Assembly (NCBI GenBank): GCA_051294375.1
Contig: JBJCIZ010000239.1
Location: forward strand, 5,629,936-5,693,935
Direction: 5' to 3'
DNA from: Paraspadella gotoi
Lineage: Eukaryota > Animalia > Chaetognatha
Length of the DNA: 64,000 nt
In this document: positions 13,268-26,535 of the stretch, in pieces
Layout: each line of letters begins with the position of its first letter
How positions within the stretch are numbered: position 1 is the stretch's first letter
Position numbers and translations under genes: made by a program
Notes under the pieces: generated by a model
Seen by the model: the letters and a program-made list of their open reading frames with translations, nothing else
Database searches by the model: none
Told to the model about the DNA's origin: nothing

Positions 13268-13572
13268 GAAGAGAGAGAGAAACAAAGAGAGAGGCGTTTC
13301 CTTTGTTTCCGATTGAATAATGAAATTCATTGAGCAATCGAGAACAGTTGGTACGAGAGAGAGAGAACGAGAGCAGAGTAGAAGGCGAGAGAAGAGAGAG
13401 AGAGAGGCGATGAGCGAGAGAGCGAGAGAGAGAAGAGAGAGAGAGTAATAGAGAGAGAGAGCAGAGAGAAAGAACCCAAAAAAGAGGGCGCATAATCACA
13501 TTGTTCCGATCGAGTCTAAGGATCATGTGACTTAATAAGAAAGTTGAACGGAGAGAAGAGAGAGAGGGAGAG

Positions 13573-13623
<51 letters not shown>

Positions 13624-16600
13624 GAGAGGAGAGAGAGAAACAAGAGAGAAGGCGTTTCTTGTTCGATTGATAAAAAATTCATGAATGCAATCGAGAACAG
13701 TTGGTACGGAGAGAGAGAGAGAGAGCGAGTAGAGAGAGAGAGAAGAGAGAGAGAAGAGGAGGATGAGCAGCGGAGGCGAGAGAGAGAGAGGAGAGAGAGA
13801 GTGAGAGAAGAGAGGAGAGACGAGGAGAGGAGAGAGGAAAGAAGCGCCTGAGACGAAAAGGGGCTAATAATCAAGGAACGAAGTCTTAAGGACGTCGACG
13901 CTTTGTTTAAAAAATAGAAAGAGTGAGAGAAAATAGATAAGAGAGAGAGAAGAGAGTAGAGAGAGAGAGAGAAGAGACAGAGACAGCGACGATAAGTTAG
14001 CTGGCGAGTGACTGTGCGAGCGAGTGACGGATTAAGCGAGCTGGTGAACAAGTCAGTCGGTCTGTGAGTAAGTGGCTCCGCGAGTTGAGTTAATCACCGA
14101 CATAGTGACACGGAACACTTTCACCGACTAGAAATGGGCAAAGAAAATTCCCTTAATCATTTGATGGAGGAAAAAAAAAGAAGTTTCGTCCATTTATCAC
14201 TCAGCAATTTGTCTTCGTTTCGGCTCTATTTTCCGAAAGCGCTCAATTACCGTTCCTAATACATTGTACTTGATTATAACGCTAATATTTAATTAATTAA
14301 TTAATCTTTAAACTTGATCTTTTCCCTAACTTCAATCCTTAATTCAAAATCCTTAATCCCTTTTATACACTATCTCTTAAGCATGAACCCTAAACCTTCA
14401 CCCTAATCGTTAACCCTAAACTTTAACCAAAAAAGTTAACCAAATCTTTAACCATTACGTAATCTCCAAACCATAATCCTTAACCTATTCTCCAACTTAA
14501 TCCCTATTCCTCCCATCCCTTAACTTATTCTTTAAACATAATTCCGAATTAAAGCTGAAACTTTTAATCTCATTAATCTAAATTTTCATGATGTTAATCT
14601 ATTAAAAGGTTTTTTATATATATTTTCTTCGAGAAAAAGAAAAAAAAAAGCACAATTAATCTTTGGATATTTAAACAATTAAATTAAATTAAACAAATTT
14701 AAACACTTTTCCCCCTGAGAAACAAAAATAAAATAAAAATCAAACCCCAAACAAAACAAAAGAGCAAAACGATCGTGAATTTAAAAAAAACGTTCAATTA
14801 AATTTCAGGAAAATTAAATGCCCAAAAAGATCGATAATATTTTTCCAGAAAAAAAATAATTTGTCAAAGATTTATAATCTTGAGTGCTTCAAGTGAAATG
14901 TCGAACGATTTTGCCCGAGTTAAAAAATATTTATTGTAACGATATTGCGATAGAAAAGATATAATATCGATATTATAAGTTGGTAGTTGTATTAAATGGT
15001 TTCCATTTAAGGAAAACTGCACTTGTACTACCCAACAAGTGTATCCTTATGTCAATGTGTTGCGCCTGCTCATGAGATGTCTATTTGAAAAAGGAGAATT
15101 TATTGTATAATTTCAAGGAATTAATTAAACAAAAAGCCTTTTCCAATTCCAAACAAATGAGCAGCGATTTTAATTTGAATGCGAAGGTTTTCAATAAAGA
15201 AAAGAAAAAAAAATAATCAAAACCGCTCAAAAAAAATCTTTTTATGAACGAAATAAAATGTTAAAAAAAGGATTAATAAAGAGAATTAATTAATTATTAA
15301 TCATCGCGCGGCTTTGATAGTTGGAGCCTGAGAGATACGGAAGAATCCGTAATAAAATCGGTAAAAAAAAAATTAATTTTATTCCAGGAAAATTCATTAA
15401 AGTTTATTTTTTTGTTTGGTCTCCTTTATTTTCTTTCTTTCTCTCTCTCGCATATTCAGCATAGTCGGCATAGTCAGCATAAGCTGCAATAACAAAAACT
15501 ACATAGAAAAAATCATAAGGCACTGCAACCCAAACCTTCAACTTTAGCTTCAGGTGCAATAGGTTGGCGATCCTTTCCTCACGTTACCGCCTTTTCAAGT
15601 CGTTTGTCCGCCTGTTAGACTTTCGCCTGTCTCTTCTTCTTCGCCCGTCAAACCTTCGCCCTTTTAAAGGTTGGCACCCCGCCAGTCATTCCTCCTCTCG
15701 TTTCCACCACCCCCCCCCCTTCGACGCCCCCCTACCGTCGCAGGTGCCACGCGACGCGTTTTCCTCGGTCAACCGCGCGCGAAGATTAAGAGTCTCCAAC
15801 GATCGTTCATATAAATCGAGAGCGCTTGGACGAGGCCCAAATATACTAGTATAGTAGGGCGGAGTGAATTGTTTCAAATTTCTTAAAGAATCAAAATTGG
15901 ATCCATAAATTATGATAACTTGTACTATAATTTTATATAAAAAAGTTTTTAAATTTATTTTATTTTTAATTTATGAGTCGTTATTTATTATGATAATGCT
16001 TACAATGAAATAAAACTAACAATTTAAAAATATTTTTTTAAATATTTTTAAAGCAAAATTTTTTATTATCTTTTAAAAAAAATGTTTTATATCAACAGGA
16101 TGTTTTTTGTTTTTCTATTTATATTTTTATAATATATGATAATATTGTTATATATTATATAATAATATTTATATAATACAATCCAGTCGCTGACAGGAAC
16201 CTTAGTCGCTAGCGTGGAGTTATCCACTCTAATAATCTCGCTGCATATTATATATTATTCTTTTTACGCCAGAACTTTTCATTTTTAACGTTTAAACGCG
16301 GAGTGCCTTTTACAGTAATACATTTTTACTTTGTAATCTTACATTTTTTTAAATACAGACCGTCAGACAGACATACTGACAGACGGAAAAAAACGTCTTA
16401 CAAAGTCGCAGGCGCGGTCGTGCCTAAAAATTATGGCGTCGTTGTGAAAATTAATGGAATCTTTTAATGGGCGGATCGCGGTTCGTGGGCAAGGTGTGGT
16501 GAATCAGGTGGTAAACAGTAAACAGTAAGCAGTAACTAAGCAGTAACCAAGCAGTAACGAAAAATATTGCGTCATCGATTAATGTCCAGACAGTAAAGTC

Positions 16601-17839
16601 ATTAACAATGTGGAAGACAAAAACAAAAGAGTTAAACTTAAAAGTTAAAATTAAAAGTTGAAATTAAACACGATTAATATGAGATGAAATAAAATTCACA
16701 CGATGAAAAATAATTAAAAATGCCTTCTAGATAAAAATTTCAATGAAACACAAGCTTAGTTGTTTTAAATTTTAAAATTTTTAAATTTTTCAGTTCCCGA
16801 AAAAACTGGGGGTTTTTTTGCCAACGAATAAATACGGCCTTATTTTCGAAAAGTGCCCGAGTTCAGCTTAAATTCAGCATTAAATTAGGGATTAAATTAT
16901 GTAGGTCGAGGTATTAAGGAACAGAAATGGGAAGCTTTCAAAAAATAGTACCAAAAAATAATCTATAAAAAAAAAACGAAAATGCATCCAAGATAGAAAA
17001 TAGCGAGCATCTGGTTAATGGGTGTGCGTCGGGAAAAAAATGTGAGGCGATTACCGGGAGAGACACGAAACGGTAGTCGGTACTGGACGAGAAAAAAAAA
17101 ACCAGAAAGGTAATTCCATTGTGTCGCGCCGCTGTAACTCTCTTATTAATATTTTCCCCTATTTTTCTAGTTTTACTATCATCTCTTTTATCATTTCCAA
17201 GTGATTATGTTATTACAAATAAGCGCTAGACTCGCACTGGATTAAAATTTTGTTTTTTATTCTTTATGCCATCGCATATATTTTGTGTCCGGAAAAATAA
17301 CAAAAGCTTAACCGAGGGAAAGGGTTAAAAACGTAATTGGGACTGACCATTAGACAGACCGACCGTAAGGCCGACCGACCGACCGAATAGTGAGTTATTG
17401 AGTATCTCCGCAAATAAAAAAACCCGCTGCAAACGAGCGACTGATAATGAAAGAGAGATGGGGTAAAAAAAGAGACGACTCATCATTAAAACGACGACAA
17501 AAAGTTCAATTTTGCTTTCGACTAGGAAACGGTTGTCGTCGTGGGTGGTTGTTGTCGTCGTCGTTGTTGCCCTTTTGTCTTTGGTCCGTCGGTCGTCGAA
17601 GTTGTGGTCGTTGTTGCGTCGTTGTTTGTCGTCGTCGTTATCGTCTTTGTCGTTATTGACAATGTTGGGCCTTTTATATTTCGTCGTCGAGTTTTATTTG
17701 GAGTGTTTGCTCTCGATCTCATGGTTGAGACGTTGCACATAAACGAAATCAAAGGACGGAATCCGCTTGCAGAAACCCCACCATCGTTTTCCGAGGACTT
17801 GAATTTGGATTTGGTCCAAAGAAGTGAGCCGGAAGAGGC

Positions 17840-17899
<60 letters not shown>

Positions 17900-18037
17900 G
17901 AAGAGAGAGAGAAACAAAGAGAGAGGCGTTTCCTTGTTTCCGATTGATAAAAAATTCATTTGATGCAATCGAGAACAGTTGGTACGAAGAGAGAGAGAAG
18001 ACGAGCGAGCAGAAGGCGAGAGAAGAGAGAGAGAGAG

Positions 18038-18068
<31 letters not shown>

Positions 18069-18196
18069 TTAGAGAGAGAGGCGAGAGAGAGAAACAAAAA
18101 GAGAGAGGCGTTTTCCACTTGTTTCCGATTGATTAAAATTCATGATGCTAATCGAGAACAGTTGGTAACGGAGAGAGAGAGAGAGAGCGGAGAGAG

Positions 18197-18230
<34 letters not shown>

Positions 18231-21200
18231 GAGAGGAGAGAGAGAGAGAGGAGAGAGAGAAACCAAGAGAGAAGGCGTTTTCTTGTTCCGATTGATAAAA
18301 ATTCATGAATGCAAATCGAGAACAGTTGGTACGGAGAGAGAGAGAGAGAGCGAGAGAGAGCGAGAGAAGAGAGAGAGAAGAGGAGTGAGAGGGAGGAGAG
18401 AGAGAGAGAGTGAGAGAGAGAGTGAGAGAAGAGAGGAGAGAGAGAGAGAGGGAGAGAGGAAAGAAGCGCCTGAGACAAAAGGGGGCTAATAATCAAAGGA
18501 ACGAAGTCTTAATGGACGTCGACGCTTCCTGTTTAAAAAATAAAGAAAGAGTGAGAGATAGATAAGAGAGAGAGAAAGATAGAGAGAGAGAGAGAAGAGA
18601 CAGAGACAGCGACGATAAGGTTAGCTGGCGAGTGACTGTGGCGAGCGAGTGACGGATTAAGCGAGCTGGTGAAACAAGTCAGATCTGTGAAGTAAGTGGC
18701 TCCGCGAGTTGAGTTAATCCCGACATAGTGGACACGGAACAACTTTCCACAAGACTAGAAAATGGCAAAGAAAATTCCTTAATCATTTGATGGACGGAAA
18801 AAAAAAGAAGTTTCGTCCATTTATCACTTAGTGCAATTTGTTCTCTCGTTTCGGCTCTCTATTTTCCTGAAAGCGCTCAATTACCGTTCCTAATACATTG
18901 TACTTGAATTATAACCTAATATTTAATTAATTAATTAATCTTTAAACTTGATCTTTCCCTAACTTCAATCCTTAATTCAAAATCCTTAATCCTTTTATAC
19001 ACATCTCTTTAAGCATGACCGCTAAAACCTTCACCACTAATCGTTAACCCTAAACTTTAAACCAAAAGTTAACAAATCTTAAAACCATTACGTATCTCCA
19101 ACCATATCCTTAACACTATTCTCCACTTAATCCCTATTCCTCCCATCCCTTAACTTATTCTTTAACATAATTCGCGAATTAGCTGAAACTTTTAAATCTC
19201 ATTAATCTAAATTTTCATGATGTTAATCTATTAAAAGGTTTTTTATATTATTTTTCTTCGAGAAAAAGAAAAATAAAAAAGCACAATTAATCTTTGATAT
19301 TTAAAACAATTAAATTAAATTAAACAAATTTTAAACACTTTCCCCCTGAGAAACAAAAATAAAATAATCAAACCCAAACAAAAACAAAAGAGCAAAACGA
19401 TCGTGAATTTTAAAAAAAAAACGTTCAATTAAATTTCAGGAAAATTAGAATGCCCAAAAAGACTCGATAATTATTTTCCAGAAAAAAAAATAATTTTGTC
19501 AAAAGATTTATAATCTTGATGCTTCAAGTGAAATGTCGAACGAATTTTTGCCCGAGTTAAAAAATATTTATGTAAACGATATTGCGAATAGGAAAAGATA
19601 TAATATCGATATTATAAGTTGGTAGTTGTATTAATGGTTTCCATTTAAGGAAAATGCAATGCAGCGTTGTACTACCCAACAAGTGTATCCTTATGTCAAT
19701 GTGTTTGCGCCTGCTCCTAGAGATGTCTATTTGAAAATGGAGAATTTATTGTATAATTCGAAGGAATTAATTAAACAAAAAGCCTTTTCCAATTCCACCA
19801 AACAAATGAGCAGCGATTTTAATTTGAAATGCGAAGGTTTTTTCATAAAGAAAAGAAAAAAAAATAATCAAAAACCGCTCAAAAAATCTTTTTATGAACG
19901 AAAATAAAAATGTTTAAAAAAAAGATTAATAAAGAGAATTAAATTAATTATTAATCATCGCGCGGCTTTGATAGTTGGAGCTGAGAGATACGGAAGAAAA
20001 TCCGTAAATAAGATCGGTAAAAAAAAAAAATTAATTTTAATTCCAGGAAAATTCATTAAAGTTTAATTTTTTTGTTTGGTCTCCTTTATTTTCTTTTCTT
20101 TCTCTCGTCTCGCATTATTCCAGCATTAGTCGGCATAGTCCATTAAGGCTGCAATAACAAAACACTAGCATAGAAAAAAATCATAAGGCACTGGCAAACC
20201 AAAACCTTCAACTTAGCTTCAGGTGCAATAGGTTGGCGATGCCTTTCCTCACGGTTAACTATGCCCTTTTCAAGTCGTTTTGTCGTCTCTGTTAGGCTTT
20301 CGCACTTGTCTCTTTCTTCTTTTCGCCCGTCCCATCGCCTCTTTTAAAGGTTGGCACCTGCTGCGCCGTCATTCTCCTCTTCGTTTCACCCTCCCCCTTC
20401 GACGCCCCCCTACCGTCGCAGTTGCCACGCGACGCGTTTTCCTCGGTCAAACCGCGCGCGAAAGAATTAAGAAGTCTCCAACGATCGTTCATATAAATCT
20501 GAGAGCGCTTGGACGAGGCCCAAATAATACTAGTATAGTAGGGCGGAGTGAATTGTTTCAAATTTCTTAAGAAATCAAAATTGGATCCATAAATTATGAT
20601 AACTTGTACTATAATTTTATATAAAAAAAAGTTTTTAAATTATTTTTATTTTTAATTTTATGAGTCGGTTTTTAAATAATGCTTACATGAATAAAACTAA
20701 CAATTTAAAATTTTTTTTAAATATTTTTAAGCAAATTTTTTATTATCTTTTAAAAAAAATGTTTTATATCAACGGATGTTTTTTGTTTTTTATTTATATT
20801 TTTATAATATATGATAATATTGTTATATATTATATAATAATATTTATATAATACAATCCAGTCGCTGACAGGAACTTAGTCGCTAGCGTGAGTATCCACT
20901 CTAATAATCTCGCTGCATATTATATATTATTCTTTTTACGCCAGAACTTTTCATTTTTAACGTTTAAACGCGGAGTGCCTTTTACAGTAATACATTTTTA
21001 CTTTGTAATCTTACATTTTTTAAATACGATACCGTCAGACAGACATACGACAGACGGAAAAAAACGTCTTACAAAGTCGCATCGCGGCGTGCTAAAAATT
21101 ATGCTCGTTGGAAAATTAATGGAATCTTTTAATGGCGGATCGCGGTTCGTGGGCAAGGTGTGGTGAATCAGGTGGTAAACAGTTAAACAGTAAGCAGTAA

Positions 21201-22084
21201 CTAAGCAGTAACCAAGCAGTAACGAAAAATATTGGCGTCATCGATAATGTCCAGACAGTAAAGTCATTAAAATGGGAAGACAAAAACAAAAAGTTAAACT
21301 TAAAAGTTAAAATTAAAAGTTGAAATAAACACGATTAATATGAGATTGAAATAAAAATTCACACGATGAAAAATAATAAAAATGCGCTTCTAGATAAAAA
21401 TTTCAATGAACACAGCTTAGTTGTTTTAAATTTTTAAAATTTTTAAATTTTCAGTTCCCGAAAAAAACTGGGGGTTTTTTGCCAACGAATAATACGGCCT
21501 ATTTTCGAAAAGTGCCCGAGTTCAGCTTAAATTCAGCATTAAATTAGGGATTAAATTATGTAGGTCGAGGTATTAAGGAACAGAAATGGGGAAGCTTTCA
21601 AAAAAATAGTACAAAAAAATAATCTATAAAAAAAACGAAAATGCATCCAAGATAGAAAATAAGCGAGCATCTGGTTAATGGGTGTGCGTCGGGAAAAAAT
21701 GTGAGGCGATTACCGGAGAGACACGAAACGGTAGTCGGTACTGGACGAGAAAAAAAAAAACCAGAAAGGTAATTCCATTGTGTCGCGCCGCTGTAACTCT
21801 CTTATTAATATTTTCCCCTATTTTCTAGTTTTACTATCATCTTTTATCAATTTCCAAGTGATTATGTTATTACAAATAAGCGCTAGACTCGCACTGGATT
21901 AAAATTTGTTTTTTATTCTTTATGCCATCGCATATATTTTGTGTCCCGGAAAAATAACAAAAGCTTAACCTGAGGAAAGGGTTAAAAACGTAATTGGGAC
22001 TGACCATTAGACAGATCGACCGTAAGGCGACGACCGACCGAATAGTGAGTTATTGAGTATCTCCGCAAATAAAAAAACCCGCTG
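12836..22084 (+). repeat. ~4.6-kb tandem duplication (12836-17427 and 17458-22084), probably an assembly artefact
   Basis: The copies are colinear throughout and differ mostly by scattered 1-bp indels and homopolymer length changes. Confidence 0.9.
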
Positions 22085-25000
22085 GTCTTGAACGAGATTG
22101 AGAACAATGCGTGGATGGAGGGATAATGCGATGTGGGAAGACAATTGCTGGTTTGGGGGGGCGGGGGGGAGAATATGCGGCAGTTAGAGAGAAGACAGAG
22201 AGAAGAGAGAGAGAAGAGAGAAGAGAGAGAGAGAGAAAAGAGGAGAGGGGGAGGAGAGAAAGGAAGAGAGAAAGAGAAAGAGAGAGAGGAGAAAGAGANN
22301 NNNNNNNNNNNNNNNNNNNNNNNGTCTGAACGAGATGAGAACAACTGCGTGGATGGAGGGATTAATGCCAAAAATAATCATTGTTGCTTTTCAAGAAGAA
22401 TTATGAAAATGACATAAATGATTAGGAACAACTACTACAACGAGACTGTGGAAGATAGGAACTTTATCTGACTGTACATGGTGACGTTATATTTCTTTAG
22501 CACCTGGTTAATCCTAATAATCCTCATCAATAGTTTTTTGATTTAATAGAAATCTTAAATGGATAACAATTGAATGAAACTTGTCAGCCAAAACACCATT
22601 CGCTGGGAAAAACAACTTAAAAATTTATATTTATTTGATCCAACACTAATTTTGATAGAATTTAAGGAGGAAAGATTTTGAATCGTTGATGGTCCATTAA
22701 GGTTAATAAATGGAAGCTTTCAGATTTTAATCATTGTCCTGATTGTCCCATAACAGTTCTGTTTCTGAACTGCTTGTATTGTGGCATCATAGTTGTCATA
22801 ATCGTCTCTTTTACTACTAAGTATAAAAAAATCTAAAAAATGTGCAATTGCTATTTCAATAACAAAAAATTAGGAGGTGTCCTTGGTTGGACATGATAGA
22901 GCGCCAATCCTCATGGCATATATAGAACAACCCAAACAATATTGCTAAAGCCCCAGTATGGACTTGCTTTCCCATGCCGGACGATGCCAGCAACAGAGAT
23001 AAGGGAGCTTGATTTATTAAAACTGATGATCAGTACAGTGACAAATCAAAACTATTGAAAGGAATAACCAGGACTGCAAAAGAATATAACCATCACCAAG
23101 AAATATGTCAGAAAAGATCCCTATCTCCCACAGTTTGATTGTAGTAGTTGTTCCTGTATTATGTCCATTTTCATTTTTCTTTCCTTTTAAAAGCAAATAA
23201 TTATTATTTTTTGGACAATCTCCTGGAAAAGCGAAAGAGAAACAAGACATTCTTGCTACAGGTGACATATATCTTCCTTGTCATTTTTCCTCCTGTCTTA
23301 TTTTGCATCACCTTTCTTTAACCAATTTTCCCCAACACATAAAATTGTTCTCACAATCTCCACAAAGAATAGTCGCCACAAGGTCATTGCGGCGATGTCC
23401 TTGCTGTTTGCGGCAAGGCAAATAGTTTCTCTGCCACTTCATCGATGATTCTTTGGCAAAATCCAGTTTCCTTGTTTTCGCAGACTTCTCTGGAATTGAT
23501 GCGCCAGACAATACCAGTAAATTCGATTCTTTGAATTGCTTGAAAGTGTTGACGGGGCAAGTGATTTTTTTTTCTTAACATAATTTTTATTTTAACATAA
23601 TTCTCTATAGCTCAGAATAAATCACAATAGTCGCCGTGAGTCATCTTTTCCTTTGAGCAGTGAAAATTCACCAACTTCCTTTTCTCCTTTTTGTCAAGAA
23701 CAAGTTTTTCGAATGGGGTTTACGGGTTCGCCATTTGACTCCGGCAATCCTTTCCACGGGATGTCCTGACGATTCTTCTCTTGTTTACAAGCGACCAGAA
23801 TTTCAGAAACAGTTTTCAAGATTCTCCATTCTTATTGAAAATGCCAAGGAGTGAGTTTTTAAAATATCTATTATGACGATTTATGAGAATGATGATGCTG
23901 GAACATTATGAAAGCGTTGCGAAACGAAAATGGACTCCAGTCAAATCAATCAATCAATTTACCCAACGCCCAACTTTGTTCCTGGGTTTAGAAAGAACGG
24001 AGTCTTCATTGCCTGTCACCAGTCCCGCACCTCGCCAACGTTTTAATGAAATTTCGGCAAACTGATATGTGAACATATGTGAACATCGTGGAAACAAACT
24101 GAAAACAACAGAACTGTCGTAGTAATTGCCTCACCAATGTCAGCTTTTGGCGGGAACGTATTGTCACAAGCTGATCCAAGCAAAAGACACTTTTCTAAGC
24201 ACGTTCCGAGGAGCTGGGCAGGGGCGAGCAACGAAGCACCATCATCTTCACGGGGAGAGAAAATCTCACCCATCTTTCGCATACAAAACACCTCCTTCAA
24301 AACCAACTATTTGGGCTGCTTTTGTCAAGGGTTGCCCGCTTCAAATCGGCAGAATTTTCGACAACCATACTGCATGCAGCCCACAAGTAGGAGGCTGGGC
24401 GATTGTAAAGAATGCTTTGGAAGGAGACCGTAGGTTTTTTGATGAGAAACTCAAAACAAATCAAAAATTTAAGTTTTAAAGAAGCTCCGACAATTTTGTC
24501 AATGAAGTAGAATTTTGAGAATATCTAACTTTTTTTTGTGGGGAATCCAAATTGATATTATGTGTATATGCATGAATAAAAAGTTACTATTTTTGGTTGA
24601 TCACACTTTTCACTATCTGTCTGTAACCTTTATTGCCCTGTTCCAATGTATATAATTACTATAATATATGACTGGAACATCTGATTATTGGATCCCTTTC
24701 TGCCATGACTCTTCAAAGTAGTTTATTGTAATTTTCTTCGATGAGAAGGTTTTTTTCTTTTAATTTTTGAGGTTGACACTCAACCCTTGTTAAAAAAGTA
24801 CAATTTACTTACTAGAAAAAATGTTTAAATATGCTAATTTTTTCTCCTGTTTTAATAGATTTTATATATATTGTCATCTTCAGTAGGATAAACCTGGCGA
24901 ACTTAATTTTTTTTGCCCTGAATCATGTGAAGGTATTTTATTCTCAGAGCCCTGTTTTATGAATTTCAAAGTTTCCAATTTCTTGGGCTCAAATTGTGCC

Positions 25001-26274
25001 GCCCGTCTGAAATTCGTTCCAAATTTGTTCTGGAAACTGAACTTTGTGATTTAAAAGTAATTTGTAAATATTTCCCCAAAACTGATACCCTTTACATTGC
25101 GCTATTAAACATAAAGAAAAAAAATATTTTTAATTAATTTATTAACGATTCGAAAATTCAGTCATTGCAATGAAAAAGTGACTTATAGAGTTGCTCCTGC
25201 GCAGTACTAAAAATAGAACATCAGTGAAACAACCAGTAAAATTTTGCCAACTCTTCAGTAGAATTAAGAGAAAGCTGAGAAAGAAAGAGAGAGGGATAGA
25301 AAATGGTAAGAATAAAAAAAAAAGAAAGAAAGGAAAGAAAGATAGAAAGAAAGAGTGAAAAAGAGAGAAAAAGAAAGAAAGAAATAAAGAAAAAAGGAAA
25401 AAAAAATTAAAGAAAATAAAGAAAGAAAATAACAAAGGGAAAAAACCAAAGAGGGAAAAGAAATAAAGAAGAAAGAATGCACGTGTGACGCCTAGTCCAT
25501 GCATGGCGAGGGAAAGAAATAAAGAAATAAGAGAGAAGAACAAGAAACAGTTCGTACCGCGAACACGGCAGTTGACAAGATCATAGGGGAATCGACACTT
25601 TTACTTTTCACCGAAAAAAAAAAACCTAAAAAATTAATAATCACATCAAAAAGTCTTGCGGATTTGCCTTGCCATTAGAAAAAAAAAAACGAGGGTAAGA
25701 GAGAAGAACAAGAAGTAAGTGTTGCGAGGTCAAGGGGAAAGTAAGCTGATACTGGCGACGAAAAGGCAATAAGTATAAAAGTTGAGAGCTATTTTGTGAA
25801 AGCGATGTCCTCCCACGCTGAACTCATTTTATCACATTATTTATTTATACTTTTTATAAAAGATTTTATTAAATATATTTCAATTAAAATGTCAAAGAAA
25901 TCTGGCATCAAGAGACGTTTACCCATGTTTCACAATAAAGGTCAAGAAAATTTGGATTTTCCTCCTCTTTTCAAAATTTTAATTACAAATTTACAAATAT
26001 AATGTCGGCAAATCTCCAAAATGACTTCTTGTATTATTTCTAGCTTTCTTTAATGTGATCTGTCTAATAAAAAATATGGACAGTAGTACAGTTATAAAAT
26101 ATTATCGTTTAAAATTTCAAGTCTCATCTCGCTCAAATTCGGTCAGCGTCGTATATGTGAACAATAAAAAGGCAATTAAAACTAATTTATAATAAATAAC
26201 GATAAACTTAATAATCTTCTTCATAATAATCTATTTGTTTCATAACAAAAAAAAAAACAAAATTTAAAATTCAG

Positions 26275-26535
26275 CGGCCCCAAATTCTTCGTCTTTCCTG
26301 GAAAACAAAAGGATCATCACATCGGAAAATTTCGCTTCGATCTTCTCGGTCGACGTCGCGGTCCGGCGTGCGGCGGCCCCCCCCGCCTCCCTTTTCCTAT
26401 TTTCTCTCGCGTTTCTGTCCTTCACGTTCCCATCCTGTCCGACGTCCGTGGCATATACAACGGACCCGGGGCGCCCGCGGCGGAAAAAACCCGGCGGCTC
26501 TTCTCGCATCTTCGCTCCGTCAAAAGCCAAACCCG
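26275..26535 (+). CDS. Candidate exon of an unidentified gene
   Basis: GC-rich 261-nt island bounded by ttcag| and |gtagct, open in all three + frames. No recognisable protein family, so strand and frame are uncertain. Confidence 0.25.
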
